Assembly: GCA_051530055.1 (NCBI GenBank)
Contig: CM121342.1
Span: 7,882,691 to 7,946,690 of the forward strand
DNA length: 64,000 bases
Reading direction: 5' to 3'
From: Neoechinorhynchus agilis
Lineage: Eukaryota; Animalia; Acanthocephala
In this document: positions 25,207 through 37,162 of the stretch, piece by piece
How positions within the stretch are numbered: position 1 is the stretch's first letter
How the letters are laid out: each line of letters opens with the position of its first letter
Translations under genes and position numbers: made by a program
The notes under the pieces: generated by a model
Seen by the model: the letters and a program-made list of their open reading frames with translations, nothing else
Told to the model about the DNA's origin: nothing
Database searches by the model: none

Positions 25207-26230
25207 TTATCGCAACACTCCAAATAACAAACAAAAGTTCATGTTTAGAGCCTTCAAAGGTTCAGTTGCACTTTGGTTTAAAGTGCTCGATTCTTGCATT
25301 CTGGTTCTCCGTGATTTTGTTCGTGGTTGTTGCTCAATTTGGTCTAACGGCACTCCACGCTCTAAAGATTTTTGCCCTTGCTTAATTGAAGAACATTTAA
25401 GATCTCCTGTTCGCATCACCGCTTTTTTAGTTTTAACGGCTGAACTTGTTTTTGCATCCAAAAAACCTTCGATAATCGCACAGAATTTACAATAGTAAAG
25501 ATCATTTCGACGGTATCGGATTCGACTTACAACAACTTTGCATCGATTGCATTGACGTTGGACTTTTGCTCGTTTCGCCCGCGAAGAACTTGTTTCCGGG
25601 TGCTTGCGTTTTGTCGGTTCAATGGTTCTTTTGTTGAACGCTTCATTGAAATTGTCTTCATTTTGGTCTTGACGTTGCTCGACGGCAATATTCGTTGGGT
25701 CTTTTGGAATACTGGCTTCTATGCATTTCTCACAAAGACAGAGTCCATAATAATCAAACAATTTAGAAATTTCACTCATTCCACATTTAATGCAACATCG
25801 AATATCGCCACTATCTCCAGTCTTGCCTTCTAATTCTGGGTTCTGATTGGTTTGACTGTTTAAGGAAAGGTAATGTGACAATTTTACTGCTTCGTCTTTA
25901 CATTCGAGTTCATCTTCTTGATTATTTTCATGTTGAATTTTACCGGCTTGCACGTTTGAAGAACTACATTCCTGACATATGAAAGATCCTTTCGATGAAT
26001 ACCAAATTGAACTATCGTTTGAACCGCATTTAGAGTATTGTCAGCGTACACAATTGCTCCACAATCAGAAGACGGAATATGTTTTGTGTCTTTAGCCCAA
26101 CTGGACTCGAATTCATTAGTTCTAATCACTCCTTCTTGAACCAGTTCATTCTTGCAAGCGTCTACTTATATATCATTTTTTGTTCCAAAAACAAAACGCC
26201 CACAAAGTTGGTGTGCGTGGTTGACGGTCT
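25207..26230 (-). CDS. Orphan or TE/virus-like ORF with two C-x2-C-x16-C-x2-C fingers; upstream part interrupted
   Basis: CIKC-x16-CEKC and CNRC-x16-CKFC in ORF 25207-25953; the overlapping upstream ORF has an in-frame TAA. Confidence 0.45.
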
Positions 26231-26545
26231 TGAGAATTAAAAAAATCTACACAAAGGTTTCCGGATCTTCTTTTTTTAATAGTCGACCACAATCAAAAGC
26301 GTTAGACTTTTAAATAAGAACCATGCAAAATGCTAAAATTAGAATATCGAAATGCTATTCAAACGCAAAAGTGCTTCTTCAGAGCTTGTGTTTTAATTTT
26401 GCGTCTCCCAAATATCAAATATTCAATAAATTACTTCAAATTTCATAATTCTGCATAGTGTTTTGTTGATGTTAACTAATTTAAGTGTTTTAATGTTTTT
26501 AAAACATCTCTGACTCAGTTTATTTTCCATTTTAGGCACACAGCT

Positions 26546-26637
26546 AACCGATATCTTGCTGTAGGGATACGAATCCATCCGGATTGTCAAATTCATCCTC
26601 CCGAGGAGTAGGCGGGAGACTCATCAGTCAGTTTCCT
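26546..26637 (-). ncRNA. Degenerate type I hammerhead ribozyme-like motif
   Basis: aactga-CTGATGA-G stem II (tctcccg/cgggagga)-GAA(t)-...-gATA|tcggtt; stem I aactga/tcggtt; GAAA lacks one A. Confidence 0.5.
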
Positions 26638-27299
26638 TCGTGGATGTTGGATAATTGGACATTGAAAAAGAGGGATGCGAGGCTAAAGTTCGAGTAAAGG
26701 GTATTCCAAAAACACTGAATCAATATAATCGGCTTACCAGTAAACATTAAATAATTTTCTTAGTTTTGCGATGCTCATCTCAGATTTACGTTCACTAATT
26801 TATTTCCCTGATATTTCACGTCGGTTCAAAACTTTGACTTTTGTTTCGAAACAATTCAACAATTGCAAACTTTGAGGAAATGTGAATTTTGGAATCTGAG
26901 CGGAGTGACAAAACTAAGAAAGTCTCATTTCACCCGTCGGAGATCCAAGACATTAAATAATTTAGTTGTCTTCAGAAAGCCTTAAAACCACATTGAAACT
27001 ATGCAACTTTATAATTTTTTTTTCATGTTCTACAATTTATTTTAAAATGATTAAATCGTCCCCCGGACGCTGACCGCATTTAGATTGGTGATGGTCGTAA
27101 ATGAACTTCTTTTTTTGAAATTCGTCTCTGTACTGAGAAATGACGTAATTACTTACACGGAAGAATCGTGACAAATATTTAATCGCGTATTTGGAAGCTT
27201 TTTTTAAGAAACAATTTTTATCTTCAATAAGAATAATTTGATGGCGGTGCATGTGTGTTGTCTTACCAAAATCCTCTGTATGCCTGGCTATCCTCAATT

Positions 27300-27690
27300 G
27301 TCGCCCGAATGCTTGCAGTGTTGTCTCTCAACACGGCGATGCTGATATTTTGAACCCGTTATAACCTGAAGGCGTCGCTTCAGAAGTTAAAGAGCCTCGC
27401 TACCAAGAAATCCGTAGGTCTCAACCCCAAAAGGCACAAACACATTGGCTAAATCGAGGTATTTCGCCGTTTTCCGCTTTCGGCAGCGCTCGCTGCACCT
27501 CCAGCTTGAACCACCGAGAATTTGAGATTGCTGGCCTTGAGTGTATCGACACAGTGGCGTCCTAGAGGAGGCAGTTACCCTCCCGCCACGGAAATGCGAT
27601 CACCCCGTCAGGTCTACGCCTTTCGTCCCTACAGAGGTTGACAGGTTCCAAAGCACCATGTTAATTTCGGCATGTCTTTCGAATCTGCCC
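27300..27690 (-). mobile_element. Second CRE-type RLE fragment
   Basis: Minus-strand LEPVNLCRDERRRPDGVIAFPWREGNCLL*DAT matches the EPxGLxRxDGKRPDG...PW..G..L.WD.T endonuclease signature. Confidence 0.8.
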
Positions 27691-28140
27691 ACTGATTTTC
27701 TGCGAGCTATAACATTTTGGGTTTTTTAAAGGTCATTGATTTGAACTTTTATGTCGTGTCCGTTTTCGTTTCGTAGCTTAGATTGATATGAATCCTTTCA
27801 GACAAAATTTAAAATCCTTTTCCTCAGGTTCCATGTTCTTGCCATTGGAAGGAGATTCGATAACAAATCCAACAGGAAGTCAAGGTCGGAGGGCGGTATA
27901 TAGATTCCGGGGTTAGATTTCTCCTTTTTCCATCAATAACCTGGATATAGTGAATGGTGGTGGTGAACATAATCCCTCCCGCGACTCAAGATTTTCCTTT
28001 AAAATTACTATGAACTATTTCGAAAGAGAAATCTAATCGACTAGATCGATGAGACGATATTGATAATTTTAAAGGAATCTTGAATACACCACCATTCCGA
28101 TGATTTTCTGGATTAATCTCCTGAATGTCTCACGTATTTA

Positions 28141-30934
28141 GAAAGTCCTCAAATGCTTATAAAAGAGGCTATAAATGAAATCGCCGCAGGTCTTGTGATG
28201 CAATACGAACGTGGCGAGAAACTAAACGTTCAAAAGTCAGTTGACTCCACTGTTTGATGTTTTCACTCTTGTTTAGAATGACCACTATTGTTTGTCGGAA
28301 ACTGAGTTTATCTAGTCAACCCCGTTTGACGGAGATTATCGCTTGTATTCCTTTAAAATACAAAGATGCTATATTGCCACAAATCAAGGCGAAACCGGTT
28401 CGAACCGCTTCTGGGATTGCCATTTTTGCTGTAATGTGCAAACCCCATATAAGTGGATTAAGTCAATCTATTCATTATAGGGACCTTCTTTTAATGACTT
28501 CATCCACTCTTATTTCATTAAGCTACTCTTGAACTTGAGGATTTTTCCTCTTTTAACACATTCGAGTTGTTAACGGTCAATAATCCGAAATTGTGCAAAT
28601 ATTCATTTGGAAAGTAGTCGCTTTTTTCATTATAAAATCAAATTTGGCCATTAATTGGACTACACGTGGGACTCGATCATCTTGGTCCCCGATAAACGAG
28701 TGGTCCGATTAACCCCATTGACTGTATATTCTTTAAAATAAATTCCTAGAAAAACCTCTTCAGGTTCTTGTTGAAACAAAACCCTTTTGCCACCAAATAG
28801 CCATTCCTTTTTTGTCCAATGTTCTCTAATGAATTCTTGTCGGTCGCCTCGTGCAAATATTCATTAGGAAAGTAGTCGTTTTTTCATTATAAAATCAAAT
28901 TTGGCGATTAATTGGACCACCGTTGCTTATTAGGACCAAATTCTAATGAACCGAAACGAATCTATTTACATGAACGTATTCAAATTGTGCGGTTAATTGT
29001 ACCCTTCAAATAAACTTCTTAAAAACAAATTCTTAGAAAAAGCTCTTAAAGTTTAAAAAGGAAAAATCCATTAGATGTCCTCATTTAAGTTTTACTGGTA
29101 ACGTTTGCGTTTACTGTCCTGGTGGACCTGACTCTGACTTTGAATACTCTACTCAATCTTATACCGGATACGAACCCACTTCGATGCGAGCAATTCGTGC
29201 TAGATACGATCCGATGCTTCAAGTACGTGAGCGAATGCGGCAATACCGAATATTGGGTCATGAGGTAGACAAAGTTGAATTCGTGTTGATGGGTGGCACA
29301 TTTCTGTGCCTTTCAGCCGATTATCGGGACTATTTTATCCGGACACTGCACGATGCACTTAGTGGTCATAGCAGTTCAAGTGTTGATGAAGCTATTCGAA
29401 ACGCAGAACGATCTGCCATGATTAAGAACGTTGGTTTGACCATTGAAACAAGACCGGATTATTGCCTTCGTCCGCATTTGAATGATATGCTTTCTTATGG
29501 TGTTACTCGACTTGAAATCGGGGTTCAAAGTTTATACGAAGACGTTGCTAGAGACACCAATAGAGGACATACTGTTAACGCCGTCGCAGAATCATTCCAT
29601 TATGCCAAAGATTGTGGATTTAAAGTGGTTAGTCACATGATGCCCAACCTACCGAATGTCGACTATGAACGTGATTATCTACAATTTGTCGAGTACTTCG
29701 AAAATCCAATGTTTCGATCCGATGGTCTAAAGATTTACCCGACTTTGGTTATCAGAGGGACTGGTTTGTACGTTTTGTTTGCCTACAATGAAAATTATTT
29801 GTTCATAAAGGTTTATATGAATTATGGAAATCTAATCGATACAAAAGCTATGCACCTTCCGTTCTTATTGATTTTCTGGCTCATATAATGGCACTGGTGC
29901 CACCGTGGACAAGGATTTACCGAGTTCAAAGGTATGCTGAATGTTAATGGATTTTTGTTTTTAATTCTTCGTTTTACTGAACCTCGCTCTAATTTACGAA
30001 TCATCAAGGTTTCAAAATCTTAAAAGATATGGGTTATTAAAAACGCTTTAATTTCTAAAGTCGTTCATTTCAGAGTATGCGTTTTTGTCACCGAAATGCT
30101 ACAAAGTTTCAATATTAAGTCAAAACTAAATGCTTAATCAATTTTATAGTTTTAATATAGTCTTCATTTCGGATCGCGTATATGATTGAGAAACATTGAA
30201 TTTTATTATAAAAGTCTACTGACGACCTACAGACATTTATTTGTGGCTGATTCAAAAAGTCTTAATTTTCGATCCACGATACAATGCTTACAATTCGATT
30301 TTGATACTTCAATCTTGGAATATCTCCTTAAATATTTCTTTAAGGGACATTCCCATGCCATTGGTGACATCAGGAGTAGAAAAGGGCAATGTTCGTGAAT
30401 TAGCTCTTAAACGGATGAAGGAACTCGATCTAAAGTGCCGTGATGTACGAACACGTGAAGTCGGTATTCAACAAATCCACCACCAAATCCGACCGAAGGA
30501 TATTGAATTTATTCGACGAGATTACAGCGCCAACGGTGGATGGGAATCGTTCTTGTCTTACGAAGATTGTGAACAAGACATCTTAGTTGGACTTTTGCGC
30601 CTTCGAAAATGTTCATCTCAGACATTCCGGAAGGAGTTAGTAGGCAATGTTTCAATTGTCCGAGAGCTTCATGTTTACGGTGAGGTAGTCCCCATAGGAT
30701 CCCGTAGTTCAGCAAAGTATCAACATCAAGGAATCGGCGCATTGTTGATGCAAGAAGCCGAGCGAATCGCTAAGATGGAACATTGCTCGGAAAAACTCAG
30801 TGTGATTTCAGGTTGGTTATATGACTTTCTTTTGCGAGATTCCGAGAAAACCTATTTTAGCCGTTGGAACACGGAATTATTATAGAAAACTTGGATATGA
30901 ACTAGACGGCCCTTATATGTCAAAAGAATTGTGA
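28141..30934 (+). CDS. ELP3: Elongator complex protein 3 (radical SAM + KAT), multi-exon; exact start uncertain
   Basis: [19 protein letters not shown]|CPH...[36 protein letters not shown]; TIETRPDYC; VRELHVYG; [10 protein letters not shown]; [20 protein letters not shown]. Confidence 0.98.
28594..29050. repeat. Imperfect ~0.26-kb tandem duplication inside an ELP3 intron
   Basis: gtgcaaatattcatt(t/a)ggaaagtagtcg...aaatttggc at ~28594 and ~28851. Confidence 0.85.
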
Positions 30935-31404
30935 TTTCTATTTATGAATCTAGTTATTAATTTTAACAGCTCTCATTTTGTCCAAACATACCTTGTCAAA
31001 TCGAACTTTTTCCAAGTTTCTTAGGCTTTTGAAGGATTTAAAAAACTAGACTAGCCTCACTGTCACCGCTGCATAAATAGTTTTTCGCTTTTTGAAAAAT
31101 CCCTCACACATTTGCTGATTATTAACCAAAATTCGACCTCATTTCGGATGGGTGAAGTGTGTCTTTAGCACACAAATCCCCCGATTAAAACGATAAGTCT
31201 CAATAGTTCGCCGTTTGGTGGCTTCTCTACTATTTACAACACGTTTGCCGAGAATTAAGTCGTCTGCAAATGATTTTTTAATTTTTTTCTCAAGAAACTA
31301 TCAAACGCACACATTTTTGTATTTGTTAACATGCCCAAATTAGATAACGATTTTCCCAGAAAAAAGGAGAACCTTTAATTTTTAAAATTTACAGTACATT
31401 TCAG

Positions 31405-34400
31405 ATGAGTTTAATTTTCTTTTCAATGTTCACCATTGTAAACCTTGTCAAACCAATCTACATCAAAGACGGAAATCCTTCGTTTTACGCCAAAGGCGAC
31501 GAAGTACGAGTGAACGCTGTCAAGCTGTTTAGTGAGCGATATCAGTTGTCCTATTTGTTTTATCAAATGCCTTTAAATTTTGGCGAATCTTCTAACGGGT
31601 GTCGAAGAAGATTTTTCAATTGAACATTGCAAACCTGAAAAGCTTGAGTACAAAAAAGAGTCGCTCAGTAGGTTCATGTCGGCGTTAATTTCTTTTTAAA
31701 TATTTATGTAGGTGAATTCTTGGCAGGTGATCGACTTGTCAACACTAATTTTGAAATCAAAGTGGAAGAAGATGCGAAATGTAAAGTTCTTTGCCCAGAG
31801 AGAACTTTTGGAAAGGATGAAATAGATCAGATACGGCATTTCATCAAAGGATCCTACAGAGCTATGCTGTAAGTACACAATTTAGTTTAATAAATTGAAA
31901 TTTGAAACTTTACACCAATTTTAAAAACCTGAGCATATAATACAGTATAGAATTTGTTCTTTATAAGTACACAAAACTCAATAGCTTGATTTTAAGCTCA
32001 AATGTTGAAAAATAACTGCTCCCATGAATAAACAAAATTTCTGCATACAACTAGCAAAAAAAGTTGTTCTTGAATTTCAGCCCATTGATTCTTTTTTCTA
32101 ACGGCTCATTGTAACGTCGTCTCCTTTTTTAAAGCGTTGCTGACAATTTATTAGGAGTTCAACGCAAAACCGGCGATAAATTCGGCAGTTTTCAAATCGG
32201 ATACCCTCTTGGATCGCCCCTGACACACGACAACAATCAGCGTCTAATAGTGACGAATCATCTCAAATTCAACTTCAAGTATAACAAGTTAAAGTCTACT
32301 AGCCCCAGAAATCAAGGATCAAATTTACAAATCGTAGACTTTACCATTGAACCCATGAGCGTCGTAGGTGTTGAAATCGAAGACGATAAATGTACTATGC
32401 CATTTACAAGTGACAAACTCGAAATTTGGGATAAGGACAAAAGTGTAAATACCTCGTTTACTTATGAGGTATCATGGGAATCTAGTGATCTTTCCTGGTC
32501 TGAAAGATGGAACAACTACGTCCGTTCGTACACCGAACAAGTTCACTCATTCTCAGTGGTTAATTCGTTTATGATTGTCGGATTCGTCGCTGCTGCTCTC
32601 GGTTTTTTCCTATGCCGTATGGTAAATCGAGATATCTACCAATACAATGCTCAAGTCGACGATGATGTGATTGAAGAAAGTGGATGGAAGCTTACTCATG
32701 GGGATGTTTTCAGACCTCCTCAAGCGAGATTGGCTTTGTGCGTACTCGTAGGAAGTGGAACGCAGCTTTTGATGTCTTTAACCGGTGTTGCAGGTATCTA
32801 CTGAAGATTTTGACACAGCTTTTAAACGATTCACTTGTGTTCAGTTCTTGCATTTATTGGGCAGGTATCTCCAGCGATGCGTGGATCTCTGATGACTGCA
32901 GGTTTGGTTCTTTATGTGTTTGGAGGAATCTTGGCTGGATATTGGGTCGGAAGGCTTTATCGAAGCGTAGATCAAAACTTCCATCCCACACGGGCCATTT
33001 TCAATTTGTATCCATCTTGATTTCTGATGCACTATTTTCATAAATTTAAGTCCTTAATCTACCAGCAGATGGGAGTATTTGATAAAAACGGTAAACGCTG
33101 GAAAAGAGCTTCGTTTTATGTAAGTTCAATGGATTTTTTTATTGAATTCTATACAAACCTTTAGACGGCCTTAATGTTCCCTTTTGTTACACTCGGCATT
33201 ATTTTGTTTGTTAGTGCCGTTGTGTCGATCAAACAATCAAGTAGCAAAATAAGTACATCTTGGATTTTCGGACTTATATTCGGTTGGATATTCTTGTTAC
33301 TTCCAACAGTATTCACTGGATATAATCTTGGATTTAGAAAGCAGGTTTTTGTTCAAAACAATCAAAAACTTCAATTACCGATTAAACTGTTTTAGCCGTA
33401 CCAATTTCCGTTTCGACCTAACCGTATTCCAAGAATGATACCGAATCAGCCATACTACCACAATTTCATGTACAGGTAAAAGCCAGTCGAAAACTCTACT
33501 AAAAAAGAGGATTTTTGCCCCATCTTTGGGCCATTGAAGTTTAGATACGAAACCTAAAACATAGGGATATTTATTTGAAGATTACGTCTTTAAGCTGAAT
33601 ACGAAACAAGTGTCCGTTAACATGAAAAAAAGAATTAAGTGGCATACTTTTCTAAAGTTTAACAAGAATTTTATTAGGGCTGAAGTAGTAGACATCGTAC
33701 TTTTGAGATATTTTAGCTGTGCAATTCTTGGGGAAACTCCTTTGGAAAAGAATTTGTCGACGAACAAATCGATACTTTTGCTTTTATTTTTTCTCCAAAA
33801 ACCATTCTGGAATAGGTTTGATCTGCTTTCCCCATTTGAAATCTGAATAACATTATTAAAAAAATCGAATTGATTTGCGTGCGTTTTGAGATATTTTAAA
33901 TGTACATTGTGGTGCGATTAAGTTTTGTTCAGCATTTCAAATGCTAATTTGCTTCCAAATATCTATTTTAAAGTAACCATGTGAATCATTGATAGATGTT
34001 TTTTCAAAAAAAAACCAAATTTTAGCTCATTGATCGGTGGAATATTGCCGTTTTCGGTTCTTTTTGTAGAACTTCACAACGTCTATGAGGTAAGTAGCGT
34101 TTTTTTCACTTATTTCTCTTCTAAATACACTACTAAATTCGCAGGCACTTTGGAGAAACGGGATTTACGGTTTCTGCGGTTATATGCTGATTGCTTTGAC
34201 GCTCTATGTTATATCTATCTGTGAAATATCGATCTTTACTACATATCGATTACTACAAAAGGAAGATTATCGGTGGTGGTGGAAATCGTTCACAGCACCG
34301 GCCGGGACTGCCATCTACATGCTCCTCTATTCCATCTACTACTATTTCGTAATTGTGAGTATCTTCATCCGTCAAAGAATTATTTTACCTCCTTTTTTAG

Positions 34401-34559
34401 CTCGATATGTCGTCCGTTACTGGTTTGGCCCCAAAGATATATTATTTTGGATACGTTTCGTTGATATGTGCAACCGTTGGACTCCTGTCAGGAACAACCG
34501 GATTCTGGGCGTCCTTTGTCTTTGTTCGCCGAATCTTCTCTTATTTGAAAGTTGATTAA
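31405..34559 (+). CDS. TM9SF: Transmembrane 9 superfamily protein (TM9SF2/4-type), multi-exon
   Basis: GDRLVNT; WSERWNNY; VHSFSVVNS; EESGWKLTHGDVFRP; LVGSGTQL; GGILPFSVLFVEL; EDYRWWWKSF; C-terminal LKVD. Confidence 0.95.
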
Positions 34560-34787
34560 AGTTGAACTTTGTCCGATGAAAGCACTTTGGCAAAAAAAGA
34601 GCAAAATGAACTCTGTGCATTAAATGCTCAGTTCGATAGCTAAAGCCTCGATTTTTAGACCCTTTTTTAATATTAAAACCATGATTTAGTGTTTTGATTT
34701 CGTTAAGGAAATCTTTTCAATTAGATTTTATTTTAAATTCTGTCAGTGAATTCGTTGAAGAAATCTTAACAGATAAAATTTTCAAAT

Positions 34788-36727
34788 ATTGTCTTTGAAT
34801 TTCGTTAAGAAAATCTTTTTAATTAGTTATTTTAATATTCATTGAATTCATTTATGGAATATCATTGATTAGATTTTTTAAAGGTTGTCTTTGAATTTCG
34901 TTAAGGAAATCTTTTTAATTAGTTCTTTTAATATTCATTGGATTTCTTGGTTAGGGAATATCATTGATTAGATTTTTCAAAGATTGTCTTTTAATTTCGT
35001 TGCGAAAATCTTTTTAATTAGTTCTTTTAATATTCATTGGATTTCTCGGTTAGGGAATATCATTGACTAGATTTTTCAAAGGTTGTCTTTTAATTTCGTT
35101 AAGAAAAAAAAAATTGATTTCTTTAGGGAATATCATTGACTGATTTTTCAAAGTTGTCTTTTAATTTCGTTAGAAAATCTTTTTAATTAGTTCTTTTAAT
35201 ATTCATTGGATTTCTGTTAGGGAATATCATTGACTGATTTTTCAAAGGTTGTCTTTAATTTCGTTAAGAAAATCTTTTTAATTAGTTCTTTTAATATTCA
35301 TTGGATTTCTGGTTAGGGAATATCATTGACTAGATTTTTCAAAGGTTGTCTTTTAATTTCGTTAAGAAAATCTTTTTAATTAGTTCTTTTAATATTCATT
35401 GGATTTCTTGGTTAGGGAATATCATTGACTAGATTTTTCAAAGGTTGTCTTTTAATTTCGTTACGAAAATCTTTTTAATTAGTTCTTTTAATATTCATTG
35501 GATTTCTCGGTTAGGGAATATCATTGACTAGATTTTTCAAAGGTTGTCTTTTAATTTCGTTAAGAAAATCTTTTTAATTAGTTCTTTTAATATTCATTGG
35601 ATTTCTCGGTTAGGGAATATCATTGACTGGATTTTTCAAAGGTTGTCTTTTAATTTCGTTAAGAAAATCTTTTTAATTAGTTCTTTTAATATTCATTGGA
35701 TTTCTTGTTTAGGGAATATCATTGACTAGATTTTTCAAAGATTGTCTTTTAATTTCGTTACGAAAATCTTTTTAATTAGTTCTTTTAATATTCATTGGAT
35801 TTCTTGGTTAGGGAATATCTGATGATTTTTCAAGTGTCTTTATTTCGTTAGAAAATCTTTTTAATTAGTTCTTTTAATATTCATTGGATTTCTTGTTAGG
35901 GAATATCATTGACTAGATTTTTCAAAGGTTGTCTTTTAATTTCGTTACGAAAATCTTTTTAATTAGTTCTTTTAATATTCATTGGATTTCTTGGTTAGGG
36001 AATATCATTGACTGGATTTTTCAAAGGTTGTCTTTTAATTTCGTTAAGAAAATCTTTTTAATTAGTTCTTTTAATATTCATTGGATTTCTTGGTTAGAAT
36101 ATCATTGACTAGATTTTTCAAAGATTGTCTTTTAATTTCGTTAAGAAAATCTTTTTAATTAGTTCTTTTAATATTCATTGGATTTCTTGGTTAGGGAATA
36201 TCATTGACTAGATTTTTCAAAGATTGTCTTTTAATTTCGTTACGAAAACTTTTAATTAGTTCTTTTAATATTATTGGATTCTTTGGGAATATCATTGACT
36301 GATTTTTCAAAGTTGTTTTTATTTCGTTAGAAAATCTTTTTAATTAGTTCTTTTAATATTCATTGGATTTCTTGGTTAGGGAATATCATTGACTAGATTT
36401 TTCAAAGGTTGTCTTTTAATTTCGTTAAGAAAATCTTTTTAATTAGTTCTTTTAATATTCATTGGATTTCTCGGTTAGGGAATATCATTGACTAGATTTT
36501 TCAAAGGTTGTCTTTTAATTTCGTTAAGAAAATCTTTTTAATTAGTTCTTTTAATATTCATTGGATTTCTTGGTTAGGGAATATCATTGACTGGATTTTT
36601 CAAAGGTTGTCTTTGAATTTCGTTAAGAAAATCTTTTTAATTAGTTCTTTTAATATTCATTGGATTTCTTGGTTTGGGAATATCATTGACTGGATTTTTC
36701 AAAGGTTGTCTTTGAATTTCATTAACG
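34788..36727. repeat. 99-bp tandem array, about 20 copies
   Basis: ttgtcttttaatttcgttaagaaaatc at 36409 and 36508 (period 99). Confidence 0.96.
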
Positions 36728-37162
36728 AAATTTTAACAGATAAATTTTGTTACGATCGTCGCTGAAATTCTTTAAGAGAATCGTACCGATTAGATGTTTC
36801 GCTTTAAGAACTCTTGCCAGACAAAAATCAATTGAAGAATATTGGGGAATTTGTCAACAACGAGTACCACTTCTAATTTCAAATCAATTCTCTTTATTCT
36901 CTTTATCCTTCTTTTATTTAGATTTTTACAACTCAATTTGCGAATCTATTGAAAACAATTCACACTTATAAACTTTAAGCATCTCAAATTTATTGTAACC
37001 AAACATTAGATTGGTGATTTTATCCATACCTTTTTAGTATTTGGTTCTATTAAAATTTATCGGTGAGTTTACGAATTTGGCTCTAAACGTTGATTCACAA
37101 TGGTTTTCTTTTTTTTGTATGAAAAGTTTCATCCATAACCTTAAAAATCTTGTCATTTGTAG

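Noticed and set aside
34788-36727. 99-bp monomer as a 66-nt exon plus 33-nt intron
   Set aside because: Weak splice signals and AT-rich junk translation; no gene context.
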